Below are positions 1-9,188 of a DNA stretch of 64,000 bases, piece by piece. Position 1 is the stretch's first letter, and each line of letters starts with the position of its first letter. Source of the stretch: an uncultured Clostridia bacterium (lineage in GTDB: Bacteria; Bacillota; Clostridia; TANB77; CAG-508). The DNA is taken from positions 31 to 64,030 of the forward strand of contig CALXCG010000001.1 of assembly GCA_944386745.1 (NCBI GenBank), read 5' to 3'. The notes under the pieces are model-generated. The model had not been told where the DNA came from, made no database searches, and was given only the letters and a program-made list of their open reading frames with translations. The position numbers and the translations under genes were made by a program.

Positions 1-17
1 CTTTATTAAACTTAAAT

Positions 18-48
18 AGGGATTTTTAGGACCGTCCCCTAATCCCTG
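18..48. repeat. Single copy of the palindromic GGGAC-core element (AGGGATTTTTAGGACCGTCCCCTAATCCCTG). A partner copy may lie upstream of the window edge.
   Basis: Outer inverted arms AGGGATT/AATCCCT enclose an AGGACCGTCCT inner palindrome. The same unit recurs at 22575, 35412, 56304 and 62148. Confidence 0.6.
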
Positions 49-159
49 TTCCTTTGAAAAAAATTTTTAAAGAATTTTCACAATTTCTACAAATTTAGCA
101 AAAAAATGGTGTATAATATAGAAGCAAAGTAAAAATTAAAATTGAAAGGAAAAACAAAT

Positions 160-1065
160 ATGGCAGAATTTAAATCAGGATTTGTAACATTAATAGGAAG
201 AACAAATGTAGGAAAATCAACACTATTAAACTTACTTGTTGGAGAAAAGGTAGCTGCGATAGCAAACAAAGTACAAACAACAAGAACAGCGATAAAAGGA
301 ATAGTAAATAGAGAAAATTCACAAATAATATTTATAGACACCCCAGGAATTCATAAACCAAAAACAAAATTAAATGAAACAATGATAGAAACATCATTTG
401 GAAGCCTTGCAGATAGTGATTTAATATTATTTTTAATTGAAGCAACAAGTGATGAAATTGGTAGAGGAGACAGAAGAATTTTAGACAAAATAAAAGAAGT
501 AAAAAAGAAAACAATTTTAATTATTAATAAAATTGATTTAGTAAAAAAAGAAAAATTGTTAAGTCTAATTGATTTATATAGCAAAGAATATGACTTTGAA
601 GCAGTAATACCAATTTCAGCGACAAATAGCAAATACAGAGAAATTATATTAGATGAAATCGAAAAGAACCTAAAAGAAGGACCTGCATATTATGATATAG
701 AGGAATATACAGACCAGACCTTAAGGCAACTTGCAGAAGAAACAATTAGAGAAAAAGCTTTAAAACTATTACAAGATGAAGTACCACATGGAATTTATGT
801 TGAAGTAGAAAAGATGAAACAAAGAAAAAACAAAAACGGTGAAGATATTTATGACATAGAAGCAACAATTTATTGTTTAAGAAATTCACACAAAGGTATT
901 ATAATAGGAAAAAATGGAGAAATGTTAAAAAGAATTGGAAGAATGGCAAGAATTGACATGGAGGAAAATTTTGGAGTAAAAGTGAATCTAAAAACTTGGG
1001 TAAAAGTGAAAGAAGACTGGCAAGAAAATGATTCAATAGTAAATAAATTTAAATTAAACAAATAG
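160..1065 (+). CDS. era: GTPase Era
   Basis: The N-terminus FVTLIGRTNVGKSTLLN carries a G1 motif, DTPG a G3 motif, and there is a C-terminal KH domain. ATG at 160 follows an AAAGGA RBS. The track start at 142 is an upstream TTG with no RBS. Confidence 0.9.
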   Translation: MAEFKSGFVTLIGRTNVGKSTLLNLLVGEKVAAIANKVQTTRTAIKGIVNRENSQIIFIDTPGIHKPKTKLNETMIETSFGSLADSDLILFLIEATSDEIGRGDRRILDKIKEVKKKTILIINKIDLVKKEKLLSLIDLYSKEYDFEAVIPISATNSKYREIILDEIEKNLKEGPAYYDIEEYTDQTLRQLAEETIREKALKLLQDEVPHGIYVEVEKMKQRKNKNGEDIYDIEATIYCLRNSHKGIIIGKNGEMLKRIGRMARIDMEENFGVKVNLKTWVKVKEDWQENDSIVNKFKLNK

Positions 1066-1125
1066 AATAAAAATACAAAAAATGCAAAAGATAAAATTAA
1101 AGACATAAGGAAGGAATGATAGCAA

Positions 1126-1353
1126 ATGATTAAAAAAATAGCATGGGAAACATTTAAAAACACAGGAGATATAAACACATATTTAGAATTTAAACAAATA
1201 GAAGAAATAGAAAAAGGGATTGAAGTAGAAACAGAAATACAAAACATTAATTTAAACAACAAAACTTATGAAAATAATATAAACAAAAATTATCAAGAAA
1301 ACATGGATAAAGAAAACAGGGAAAAAGGTGAAATAACTAAATGGCAAACATAA
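1126..1353 (+). CDS. YqzL-family small protein, the typical era-recO spacer gene
   Basis: MIKKIAWETFKNTGDINTYLEFKQIEE matches the W..F..TG.I..YL signature of YqzL proteins. It follows a good RBS, and its 3' end overlaps the recO start. Confidence 0.55.
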   Translation: MIKKIAWETFKNTGDINTYLEFKQIEEIEKGIEVETEIQNINLNNKTYENNINKNYQENMDKENREKGEITKWQT

Positions 1354-2070
1354 AAATAAGTGGAGTAGTATTATCAGAAAGCAATATGGGAGATTATGAC
1401 AAAATGCTAACAATATTAACACCAAATGTACGGAAAAATCTCATGTGTAGCTAAAGGAGCACGTAGACCAAGAAGTGCTCTTTTAGCAGGCACGCAGATG
1501 TTTTGCTTTGGAGAATATTTGGTGTTTAAAGGGACAAGTACATATCACATAAATTCGGTAGAACCAATAGAAGTATTCTATAATATAAGAACAGATTTAG
1601 ACAAATTAAAATATGCAGTAAATATAATAAAAATAATACAAGACGTAACACATGAAAACCAGAATTGCTTTAATATATTACAATTACTGTTAAATACATT
1701 ATATGTAATATCAGAGACAGATAAAAATTTGGATTTAGTATTAAGCATATTTAAAATGAGATTAGCAAGCATTATAGGATTTAGATCTAAAATAGAAGGA
1801 TGTACAAATTGCAATGAAAAAGAAAATTTACAATATTTTAGTTTAAAAGACAATGGATTAAAATGCAAAACATGTGGAGCACAAGATAAATCAGCTATTA
1901 GCATTACAGAAAGCACGTTAAATGCAATAAGGTATACAATAACAGCACCGCCTAAAAAGTTGTATTCATTTGAAATAAAAGATGAATCTTTAGAAGAGTT
2001 TAAACTTATTGCTAAATTATACTTTAATGAAAAATTGGAAAAAGAGTACAAATTAGAAGATTTGTTTTAA
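1341..2070 (+). CDS. recO: DNA repair protein RecO, interrupted by a +1 frame change at the in-frame CGG at 1431-1433
   Basis: The N-terminal 30 aa, MANIKISGVVLSESNMGDYDKMLTILTPNV, are in frame 1341. The rest, GKISCVAKGARRP... with a C-x2-C...C-x2-C zinc finger, is in the +1 frame from 1426. Skipping the C of gtaCGGaaa joins them as ...TPNVGKISCVAKGARRP, which matches B. subtilis ...REHGKIGVMARGAKKP. Confidence 0.8.
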
Positions 2071-2184
2071 CATTTGTAACTATAAAATGAAAAATAACAA
2101 AAAAACTTGAAAAAAAACGAAATAACGTATATAATAAAAATATACTATAAAATTTAAACATGAAAGAAGAAGGGAGCGATTTTT

Positions 2185-2712
2185 ATGAAAATAAAAATAA
2201 CAGGAAAGGAACTAAAGATAACAGAAGCTATAAACGATTACGTTGAGAGAAAACTAGACAGAATAGATAAATATTTTGAAGATGCTGAAGCAGAAGTTAC
2301 ATTAAGAACAGAGAAAAATGAACAAATAGCAGAAATCTATGTAACTGCAAATGGAGAAAAATACAGAGCAGTAACAGAAGATAAAGATATGTATGCTTCA
2401 ATTGATAAAGATATTGATATATTAGAAGGACAAATTAGAAAAGCAAAAACTAAAAAAGAAAAAATGATGAAAGATGCATCACTTAAAACAATGGAAACAG
2501 TTGATGACAAAATTTCAGAAATACAAGATGAAATTATAAAAACATCATATTATGAAATAAAACCAATGTTACCAGAAGATGCAGTTTTAAAATTAAAAGA
2601 AAAACCAACACACAATTTCTTAACATTTATAAATGTTGAAACAAGAAAAGTAAATGTAATACATAAATTAAAAGATGAAAAGAATTATGGTTTAGTAGAA
2701 CCGGAAGCATAG
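2185..2712 (+). CDS. hpf: Ribosome hibernation promoting factor (long form)
   Basis: MKIKITGKELKITEAINDYVERKLDRIDKYF is a typical HPF/YfiA N-domain with the C-terminal dimerisation extension, 175 aa. A GGGAG RBS precedes it. Confidence 0.9.
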   Translation: MKIKITGKELKITEAINDYVERKLDRIDKYFEDAEAEVTLRTEKNEQIAEIYVTANGEKYRAVTEDKDMYASIDKDIDILEGQIRKAKTKKEKMMKDASLKTMETVDDKISEIQDEIIKTSYYEIKPMLPEDAVLKLKEKPTHNFLTFINVETRKVNVIHKLKDEKNYGLVEPEA

Positions 2713-2738
2713 AAAAGAAATTTTATAAAATAGTAAAA

Positions 2739-2770
2739 GGCAGGAAATCAAATCCTGCCTTTATGTATTT
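2739..2770 (+). terminator. Rho-independent terminator after hpf
   Basis: GGCAGGAAATCAAATCCTGCC hairpin followed by TTTATGTATTTT. Confidence 0.6.
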
Positions 2771-2854
2771 TAAAAATAAAATATATAAAAACAAAATTTA
2801 ACTTCCTACCTAAAGTGTTAATATAATGCTATTTAATAATGATTAAGCGAAAAA

Positions 2855-3052
2855 CTATTTCATATTTCTTTCAGCTTGTTCGATCATTTTTTTAACCATT
2901 TGTCCACCTATTTTACCAGCATCTCTTGAAGATAAATCTCCATTATATCCGTCCTTTAAATTAACACCTACTTCACTAGCTACTTCATATTTGAATTTAT
3001 CTAAAGCAGTCATAGCTTCTGGAACTAATTTTTTGTTTGATGAGTTTGCCAT
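2855..3052 (-). CDS. Small acid-soluble spore protein, alpha/beta type
   Basis: 65 aa: MANSSNKKLVPEAMTALDKFKYEVASEVGVNL...GGQMVKKMIEQAE is the canonical alpha/beta SASP signature. Confidence 0.9.
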   Translation of the reverse strand: MANSSNKKLVPEAMTALDKFKYEVASEVGVNLKDGYNGDLSSRDAGKIGGQMVKKMIEQAERNMK

Positions 3053-3256
3053 TGTTTTTTCACCTCCTGTAATATTACATTTAAGAAAAAACTTTTGCTT
3101 TTTCTAATACTAGAATGTGTAGAAAAAGAAGAAAATAAACAAGAAATTTTTACCAAAAAATGAAATAAATTATATTGCAATTTTTTGTCACAAAAAGTAT
3201 AATAAAAAAGCAGACAAAAATAATAAAGTTTAAATATAATTGGAGGAATAAAAATT

Positions 3257-4126
3257 ATGTATAAATTAGTAGCGATAGACTTAGACGGAACAATGCTAGA
3301 CAGTTATGGACAAGTTACAGAAAACACAAAAGCAGTAATACAAAAAACAATAGAAAAAGGAACAGATGTAATAATTGCATCAGGAAGGCCAATAGACTCA
3401 ATAAAAACAATTGCAAAAGAAATTGGAAGCAACAAATACTTTATTGCAGGAAATGGAGCTCTTATTTATGATATCCAAAAAAATGAAGTTTTATATGAAA
3501 AATATATGAAAAAAGAAAAAGTTTTAGAAATCATAAAAAATTGTGAAGAAAATAGTATCACGTATAATGTATATACAGATAAAACAATATTAGCAACAAG
3601 TCTTAAATACAACGTATTGTACTATCATAAAGAAAATTTAAAAAAACAAGAAGACAAAAGAACACATATAAATATTGTAGAGAATATGTATGAATACATA
3701 CAAAAAATGAAAGAGGAAAAATTTTTAAAAATAACAATATGTGATGACAGTAAAACAGTTTTTCAATCAATAATAAGAAAATTAGAAAAAATAAAAGATA
3801 TTGAAATATTAGATGTTTCACATATGTCTAGAAAAGTAATTGAGCAAGGAACAGAGGAAGTTCCAATAGAATATTACTATACAGAAATTTCTTCTAAAGA
3901 TGTAGATAAATGGTATGCAATAGAATTTTTAATGCAAAAATTGAATTTAAAAAAAGAAGAAGTTATTGCAATAGGAGATAATGTTAATGACAAAAAAATG
4001 ATAGAACAAGCAGGATTAGGAATAGCAATGGGACAAAGCATGCCACAATTAAAAGAGTTGGCAGACTATGTTACAAGTTCGAATACAGAAGAAGGAGTAG
4101 CAATAGCAATAGAAAAATTTTGTTAA
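3257..4126 (+). CDS. Cof-type HAD-IIB family hydrolase
   Basis: MYKLVAIDLDGTMLDS carries the DxD motif, followed by ASGRP and a C-terminal GDNVNDKKMIEQAGLGIAMG. Confidence 0.85.
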   Translation: MYKLVAIDLDGTMLDSYGQVTENTKAVIQKTIEKGTDVIIASGRPIDSIKTIAKEIGSNKYFIAGNGALIYDIQKNEVLYEKYMKKEKVLEIIKNCEENSITYNVYTDKTILATSLKYNVLYYHKENLKKQEDKRTHINIVENMYEYIQKMKEEKFLKITICDDSKTVFQSIIRKLEKIKDIEILDVSHMSRKVIEQGTEEVPIEYYYTEISSKDVDKWYAIEFLMQKLNLKKEEVIAIGDNVNDKKMIEQAGLGIAMGQSMPQLKELADYVTSSNTEEGVAIAIEKFC

Positions 4127-4290
4127 TTTATCAAACAAAATTAGCAATATTACAATTATATTACAAAAATATGAAGTTTGTATAACAAGAAGTCATTTTG
4201 TTGATTTTGAAACTGGTTTGCGTTAAAATAAAATAGATGGATATTTTGTAAAAAAATATATAAAAATATAAAATAAGGGAGGAATTTGTT

Positions 4291-5400
4291 ATGGCAACAA
4301 ATCCAATGCAAAGAAAAGCAAGAAATTCATTTTTATTAGGAATGTTAGTAATGTTATTAATATCAGGAATAGTTATAGCATTATTAATTATGCAATTAAT
4401 GCAAAGAATACAAGAGGATAATGAAGAATTGGCAAACAGTGTAAAAGCATATGTTTTAAACCAAGATGTAAGGTCAGGACAAGTAATTACAACAGATATG
4501 TTAACATTACAAACAGTAAATAAAACATTAGTACCAAGTAATGCTACAAGCGATATTAGCTTAATTCAAAACTATGCACTACAAGATAAGGAAGGAAATG
4601 ACATATACACAAAATATAGAAATAATGAACCAGCATTATATATAACAATAGATGGAACAGAATATCAAGTAGAACAAGAAGAAGAAACAGACAATTATTT
4701 TATTACCAGAAACAACAATAAAGAATATCTAGAATTAAATAGTGTTCCATTAGTAGCTAAAGTAAATATGAATGCAAAAACATTAATAACAACAGAATTA
4801 TTAAGTAAGAGTGATAATATGGTGCAAGATGACATGAGAAAACAAGAATATAATATGGTTGTATTACCTATGGATTTAGCAACAGGAGACTATATCGATA
4901 TCCGTCTAATGTTACCATCAGGACAAGATTATATAGTTGTTGCTAAGAAAGAGGTAGAAATACCAAATGTGGGTGGAGTAGATTCAGCAGATACAATTTG
5001 GATTAATATGACAGAAGATGAGATTCTACATATGAGTTGTGCAATAATTGATGCATATCAAATAAATGGAGCAAAATTATATGCAACTAAATATACAGAA
5101 GCAGGAATGCAAGCCGCTGCTACACCAACATATCCAATAAATGAAAGTACATCAGCATTACTATCAAGTGATCCAAACATACTAGAAAGAGCAATGAATG
5201 AAATAAGAGCAAGATATAACAGTAATAATAGTGCAGCACTAAGAAACGATTATATTAATAATGTTATAAATGCACAAGGAGATCAAGCAACAACGAATTT
5301 ACAAACAAATATGGAAGAAAGTATAACAAATTCACAAAATTCAAGAAAAGAATATCTAGATTCATTATCAGCACCGATAGATTCAACTACAACACAATAA
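4291..5400 (+). CDS. CpaB/RcpC-like Flp pilus assembly protein. N-terminal TM helix, then a SAF-like domain.
   Basis: Single N-terminal TM (FLLGMLVMLLISGIVIALLIM), then KAYVLNQDVRSGQVITTDMLTL in the SAF-like region. It is the first gene of the tad-like cluster and has a strong GGGAGG RBS. Confidence 0.55.
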   Translation: MATNPMQRKARNSFLLGMLVMLLISGIVIALLIMQLMQRIQEDNEELANSVKAYVLNQDVRSGQVITTDMLTLQTVNKTLVPSNATSDISLIQNYALQDKEGNDIYTKYRNNEPALYITIDGTEYQVEQEEETDNYFITRNNNKEYLELNSVPLVAKVNMNAKTLITTELLSKSDNMVQDDMRKQEYNMVVLPMDLATGDYIDIRLMLPSGQDYIVVAKKEVEIPNVGGVDSADTIWINMTEDEILHMSCAIIDAYQINGAKLYATKYTEAGMQAAATPTYPINESTSALLSSDPNILERAMNEIRARYNSNNSAALRNDYINNVINAQGDQATTNLQTNMEESITNSQNSRKEYLDSLSAPIDSTTTQ

Positions 5401-5421
5401 TAAAGAAAGAGAGGAGTACAT

Positions 5422-6120
5422 ATGAAAACAATAGGGTTTATAGGGGCGTATGACAAAACAGATTTAATTTTATATGTGGCTAAAATATTAACAACTCTAA
5501 AACATAAAGTATTAATAATAGATTCAACTATCAATCAAAAAGCAAGATACATTGTTCCGGTTATAAACCCTGCCGTGAAATATGTTACAGAATTTGAAGA
5601 AATAGATATAGCAGTTGGGTTTGAAAATATACTGGAGATAAAACAATATTTAGGATTAGCTGAACAACAAGATATGGAATATGACATAGTATTAATTGAT
5701 ACAGATAATTACGTAGGATTTGAAGCATTTAAATTACAAGAAGCAAATAAAAATTATTTTGTCACATCATTTGATAATTATTCATTAAAAAAAGGACTAG
5801 AAGTATTAGCAGGCTTGAAAGAACCAATTAGTTTAACAAAAGTATATTTTTCAAAAGAAATGTTGAAAGAGGAAGATGATTATTTAAATTTTCTTTCTTT
5901 AGGTTATAAAGTGATTTGGAATGAATATAGATTATATTTTCCTATTGAAAATGGTGACTTAACTGTGATTTATGAAAATCAAAGAGTTGCAAAAATAAAA
6001 TTCAAAAAATTAAGTGTTCAATATAAAGATGGATTAGCATATTTAGCAGAAGAAATATTAGGAAATGTAAGTGAAAGCAATATAAGAAGAGCCATCAAGG
6101 CTATTGAAAGAAATGTTTAA
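5422..6120 (+). CDS. CpaE/ParA-like protein with a degenerate Walker A, probably a non-catalytic paralog
   Basis: MKTIGFIGAYDKTDLILYVAKIL has ParA/MinD-fold spacing but no GKT/S P-loop. It sits between the cpaB-like gene and the second cpaE-like gene. Confidence 0.45.
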   Translation: MKTIGFIGAYDKTDLILYVAKILTTLKHKVLIIDSTINQKARYIVPVINPAVKYVTEFEEIDIAVGFENILEIKQYLGLAEQQDMEYDIVLIDTDNYVGFEAFKLQEANKNYFVTSFDNYSLKKGLEVLAGLKEPISLTKVYFSKEMLKEEDDYLNFLSLGYKVIWNEYRLYFPIENGDLTVIYENQRVAKIKFKKLSVQYKDGLAYLAEEILGNVSESNIRRAIKAIERNV

Positions 6121-6151
6121 AAAGATTTGTGACTGGAAAGGAATGGAGTAA

Positions 6152-6994
6152 ATGTCAATAGTAACATTTTGGAATAGTGGAAAAGAACAAACTGGAAAAA
6201 CATTATCAATTGCAGCGATTAGCACATATATGGCAATAGAACATAATTATCGTATATTAGTTGTTTCTACAGGAAATGGAGATACAACTTTAGATAGATG
6301 TTTTTGGGAAGAAAAAAAAGTTAGAAAAAATCTAGGTTTATTTGGACCAAATACACATGTGGCAATGGAAGAAGGGATTAGTGGACTAATAAAAATCATG
6401 AGAAGCAACAAACTGGAACCTGAAAACATAACAAATTACACAAAAATAGTTTTTAAAGATAGATTAGAAATTTTGCAAACATATAAAGGTAGTCAAGAAG
6501 ACTACAGGGAATTTAGTAGAATGTATCCAGATATAATAAATTTAGCTAATAATTATTATGACATAGTATTAGTAGATTTAGATGCGGAAATAGATGAAAC
6601 AACAACAAAACAAATACTTGATTCGTCTAATTTAGTTGTTGTTAATCTAAGTCAAAGACTAACAAGCATAAATAATTTTATGAAAATTCGAGAAGAACAG
6701 CCTATGTTTGCTACAAAAAAAGCATTATTGTTAATTGGAAGATATGACAAATTTTCAAAATATACTATAAAAAATATATCTAGATATATGAATGAAAGAA
6801 ATAAAGTTTCAACAATACCATACAACACATTATTTTTTGAAGCAGCTGAAGAAGCAAAAGTACCAGATTTATTCTTAAGACTTAGAAAATCAGTAGATGA
6901 AGAAGACAGAAATGGATTTTTTATAGCAGAAGTAGGAAGAACTGTTGAAAATATTATATATAGATTACAAGATTTACAAATGAAAATGGGATAA
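6152..6994 (+). CDS. CpaE/ParA-family ATPase-like protein
   Basis: Deviant Walker A WNSGKEQTGKT at the N-terminus, Walker B-like VLVDLD, 280 aa, within the tad-like cluster. Confidence 0.5.
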   Translation: MSIVTFWNSGKEQTGKTLSIAAISTYMAIEHNYRILVVSTGNGDTTLDRCFWEEKKVRKNLGLFGPNTHVAMEEGISGLIKIMRSNKLEPENITNYTKIVFKDRLEILQTYKGSQEDYREFSRMYPDIINLANNYYDIVLVDLDAEIDETTTKQILDSSNLVVVNLSQRLTSINNFMKIREEQPMFATKKALLLIGRYDKFSKYTIKNISRYMNERNKVSTIPYNTLFFEAAEEAKVPDLFLRLRKSVDEEDRNGFFIAEVGRTVENIIYRLQDLQMKMG

Positions 6995-7016
6995 ATAGAG
7001 TAAGGAGGGAAACTAA

Positions 7017-8987
7017 ATGACAATAACAAATATCATCTTAATAATAGTTGTTTTAGCTGTCGCAGGATATGCTATATATTATACTATTAAAAAGAAAAAA
7101 ACAGCTGAAGTAGAAACAAAAATTGATGTTGATGATAAAACATATACCATAGAAAAAATGATTGAATTTGTTAAAAGAAGATTGGATGAAATAACAAAAA
7201 TCAACCTTTACGATATAGGACTCTCAGAAGAAGAATTAAAAAGAAGAAAAAATAAGAAATATGAATTAAAGAAGGCCTTAAAAGGCTGTACATATGGAGA
7301 TATAAATGATAAAAAATATGTAAAAGAATTGATTTTTGACTTATTAGAAAAAGAATATGGAGTAACAGAAAGCAACATCTCAAAAGCAATTCCATTCGAT
7401 ATCCCATCCTTACTAACAGCACAAGATAAATTTGATATTTTAATATATGCATATAAAAAAGATTTTGGTTATGAAGCATTAACTGAATTAATAAAAAAAT
7501 ACAATTTAGCAGAATTAAAATATATGGAAGGAGAAACAAAACCTTCATATGTAATAACAACACATGAAATAGAAGAAATATATGAAAAAGAAAATATAGT
7601 ATTAAGCTTTGCAGATAAATTAGCGGTAGTAGTACAAAGAATATATCAATATTATAAAGGATATAGTAGTATTGATGAAATAAGAGATATGAATATAGAT
7701 GGTGTATCTGGAGGAGTTTCAGGATTACCAGAAAGTTTCTTAAGTCAAGTTGCACAAACAGATGGAGGAGATTATTTAAATCAAGTCGTAGAGCATAAGG
7801 TTCCAAGAGCATGTGATAGTATATGGATATTCTTCCAAGGTAAATCAATACGTTTAGCATTTCTATCATTTGGAACAGAAGCAGAACTAAAAAGAGTATG
7901 TCAAAACATATATAAATATAACAATCCAGGACAATTATCAGACACAAATGGTTATAAAATCAATGAAATGAAAGACGGGTCTCGAGTTGTTGTTGTAAGA
8001 CCAAGTTTCTCAGAAACATGGGCATTTTTCGTAAGAAAATTCGATGTTAAGCGTTCAACTTTGGAACAATGGTTCAAAGGAGAAGTGGGTAGCGATGAAT
8101 CAATAGAACTACTAAGATATTTAGTAAAAGGAGCAAGAATTATATCAATTACTGGAGAGCAAGGTTGTGGTAAAACAACAATGCTTATGGGAATGATAGA
8201 AAACATTTATGAAACAATGAATATCCGTGTTCAGGAAACTGCATTCGAGCTTCACTTAAGAAAAATTTATCCAACAAGAAATATCTTAACATTTAGAGAA
8301 ACAGAAACAATATCAGGACAAGAAGGATTAGACGTTCAAAAGAAAACTGATGGTTCTGTTAATATCATCGGAGAGGTTGCAACTGACCCCGTAGCTGCTT
8401 GGATGATACAAGCTGCCCAAGTTGCATCAAAATTCACATTATTTACTCACCATGCTAAAACATTTCCAAACTTAGTTACAGCGTTAAGAAACTCAATGCT
8501 TAGAATTGGACAATTCAACAATGAAAAAACAGCAGAAGAGCAAGTTATACAAGTATTAAACTTTGATATACATTTAACAAAAGACTTTAGAGGAAAAAGA
8601 TATGTAGAAAGAATAACAGAATGTATACCAGTAGAAGAAAAAAATGAATATACATTTGATCATAGAAAAGAAAAAACATTAGAAGGAAAATTTGATAAAT
8701 TTTTCGATAATGCAACACACTATTTCTCAAATGTAACAGATAGAAAATTATATACATATAGAAACATATTAGAATATGTAGACGGTGAATATGTAATAAC
8801 AAACCCAATAACAGAAACAAACTTAAAAGAAATGAGAATGAATATGGATGAAACAGATGCAGAAGCATTTGATAAGTTCGTAGAAAGACATTGGGGAAAC
8901 AAAGCAAAAGAAACAGTAGCAGTAAGTAGTGAACCAGTAGAAGCAAAACCAAAAAGAAGGGGCCGTCGCCCTAAAAGTGAAATCTAA
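7017..8987 (+). CDS. CpaF/TadA/VirB11-family secretion ATPase with a long N-terminal membrane-anchored extension
   Basis: 656 aa. An N-terminal TM (IILIIVVLAVAGYAIYYTI) is followed by about 300 aa of extension, then the ATPase core with Walker A ISITGEQGCGKTT. IRVQETAFELHL resembles the CpaF Asp/Glu box. Confidence 0.6.
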   Translation: MTITNIILIIVVLAVAGYAIYYTIKKKKTAEVETKIDVDDKTYTIEKMIEFVKRRLDEITKINLYDIGLSEEELKRRKNKKYELKKALKGCTYGDINDKKYVKELIFDLLEKEYGVTESNISKAIPFDIPSLLTAQDKFDILIYAYKKDFGYEALTELIKKYNLAELKYMEGETKPSYVITTHEIEEIYEKENIVLSFADKLAVVVQRIYQYYKGYSSIDEIRDMNIDGVSGGVSGLPESFLSQVAQTDGGDYLNQVVEHKVPRACDSIWIFFQGKSIRLAFLSFGTEAELKRVCQNIYKYNNPGQLSDTNGYKINEMKDGSRVVVVRPSFSETWAFFVRKFDVKRSTLEQWFKGEVGSDESIELLRYLVKGARIISITGEQGCGKTTMLMGMIENIYETMNIRVQETAFELHLRKIYPTRNILTFRETETISGQEGLDVQKKTDGSVNIIGEVATDPVAAWMIQAAQVASKFTLFTHHAKTFPNLVTALRNSMLRIGQFNNEKTAEEQVIQVLNFDIHLTKDFRGKRYVERITECIPVEEKNEYTFDHRKEKTLEGKFDKFFDNATHYFSNVTDRKLYTYRNILEYVDGEYVITNPITETNLKEMRMNMDETDAEAFDKFVERHWGNKAKETVAVSSEPVEAKPKRRGRRPKSEI

Positions 8988-9027
8988 ACAGCAACAAACT
9001 TTGAAAGAATCTAATCACTAATTCATA

Positions 9028-9089
9028 AGGGGAAGGGACATTCCTTAAACCATAAAGGAATACCAAAGAGTAAAGGTGTGTCCCTTGTC
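9028..9089 (+). promoter_or_regulatory. Conserved leader or repeat motif GGGACATTCC...ACCAAAGAGTAA(A)GGTGTGTCCCTTGTC, shared with the tig leader at 44614-44670
   Basis: An identical 20-nt core ACCAAAGAGTAAGGTGTGTC recurs at 44645. GGGACA...UGUCCC can form a stem enclosing about 45 nt. The motif lies in the 5' region of the following gene. Confidence 0.45.
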
Positions 9090-9188
9090 TAACTAGCAAG
9101 TAAGCTAGAACAGTAGAGAACTAGAAAAACACGAAGAGGGATGTAAAGGAGCGTCCCCTGTCAACCAAAAAAGGAGGTGCTAAAACAA

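Noticed and set aside
142-159. Track start of era at 142, and similar TTG/GTG-initiated track starts at 9177, 17992, 54499, 55983 and 62944
   Set aside because: These are upstream TTG/GTG codons without a correctly spaced RBS. An ATG or GTG with an AGGAGG-type RBS lies a few codons downstream in each case.
7201-7947. Long antisense ORFs rich in Leu, Phe, Ile and Tyr inside confirmed genes, for example 7201-7947(-), 17862-18449(-), 29665-30186(-), 37653-38321(-) and 60486-60971(-)
   Set aside because: They lie opposite well-supported coding genes (the ATPase, the repeat-protein gene at 18001-18519, the U32 peptidase, the pilin-FGE gene, priA). Their low-complexity hydrophobic composition is what AT-rich antisense frames produce, and they have no RBS.
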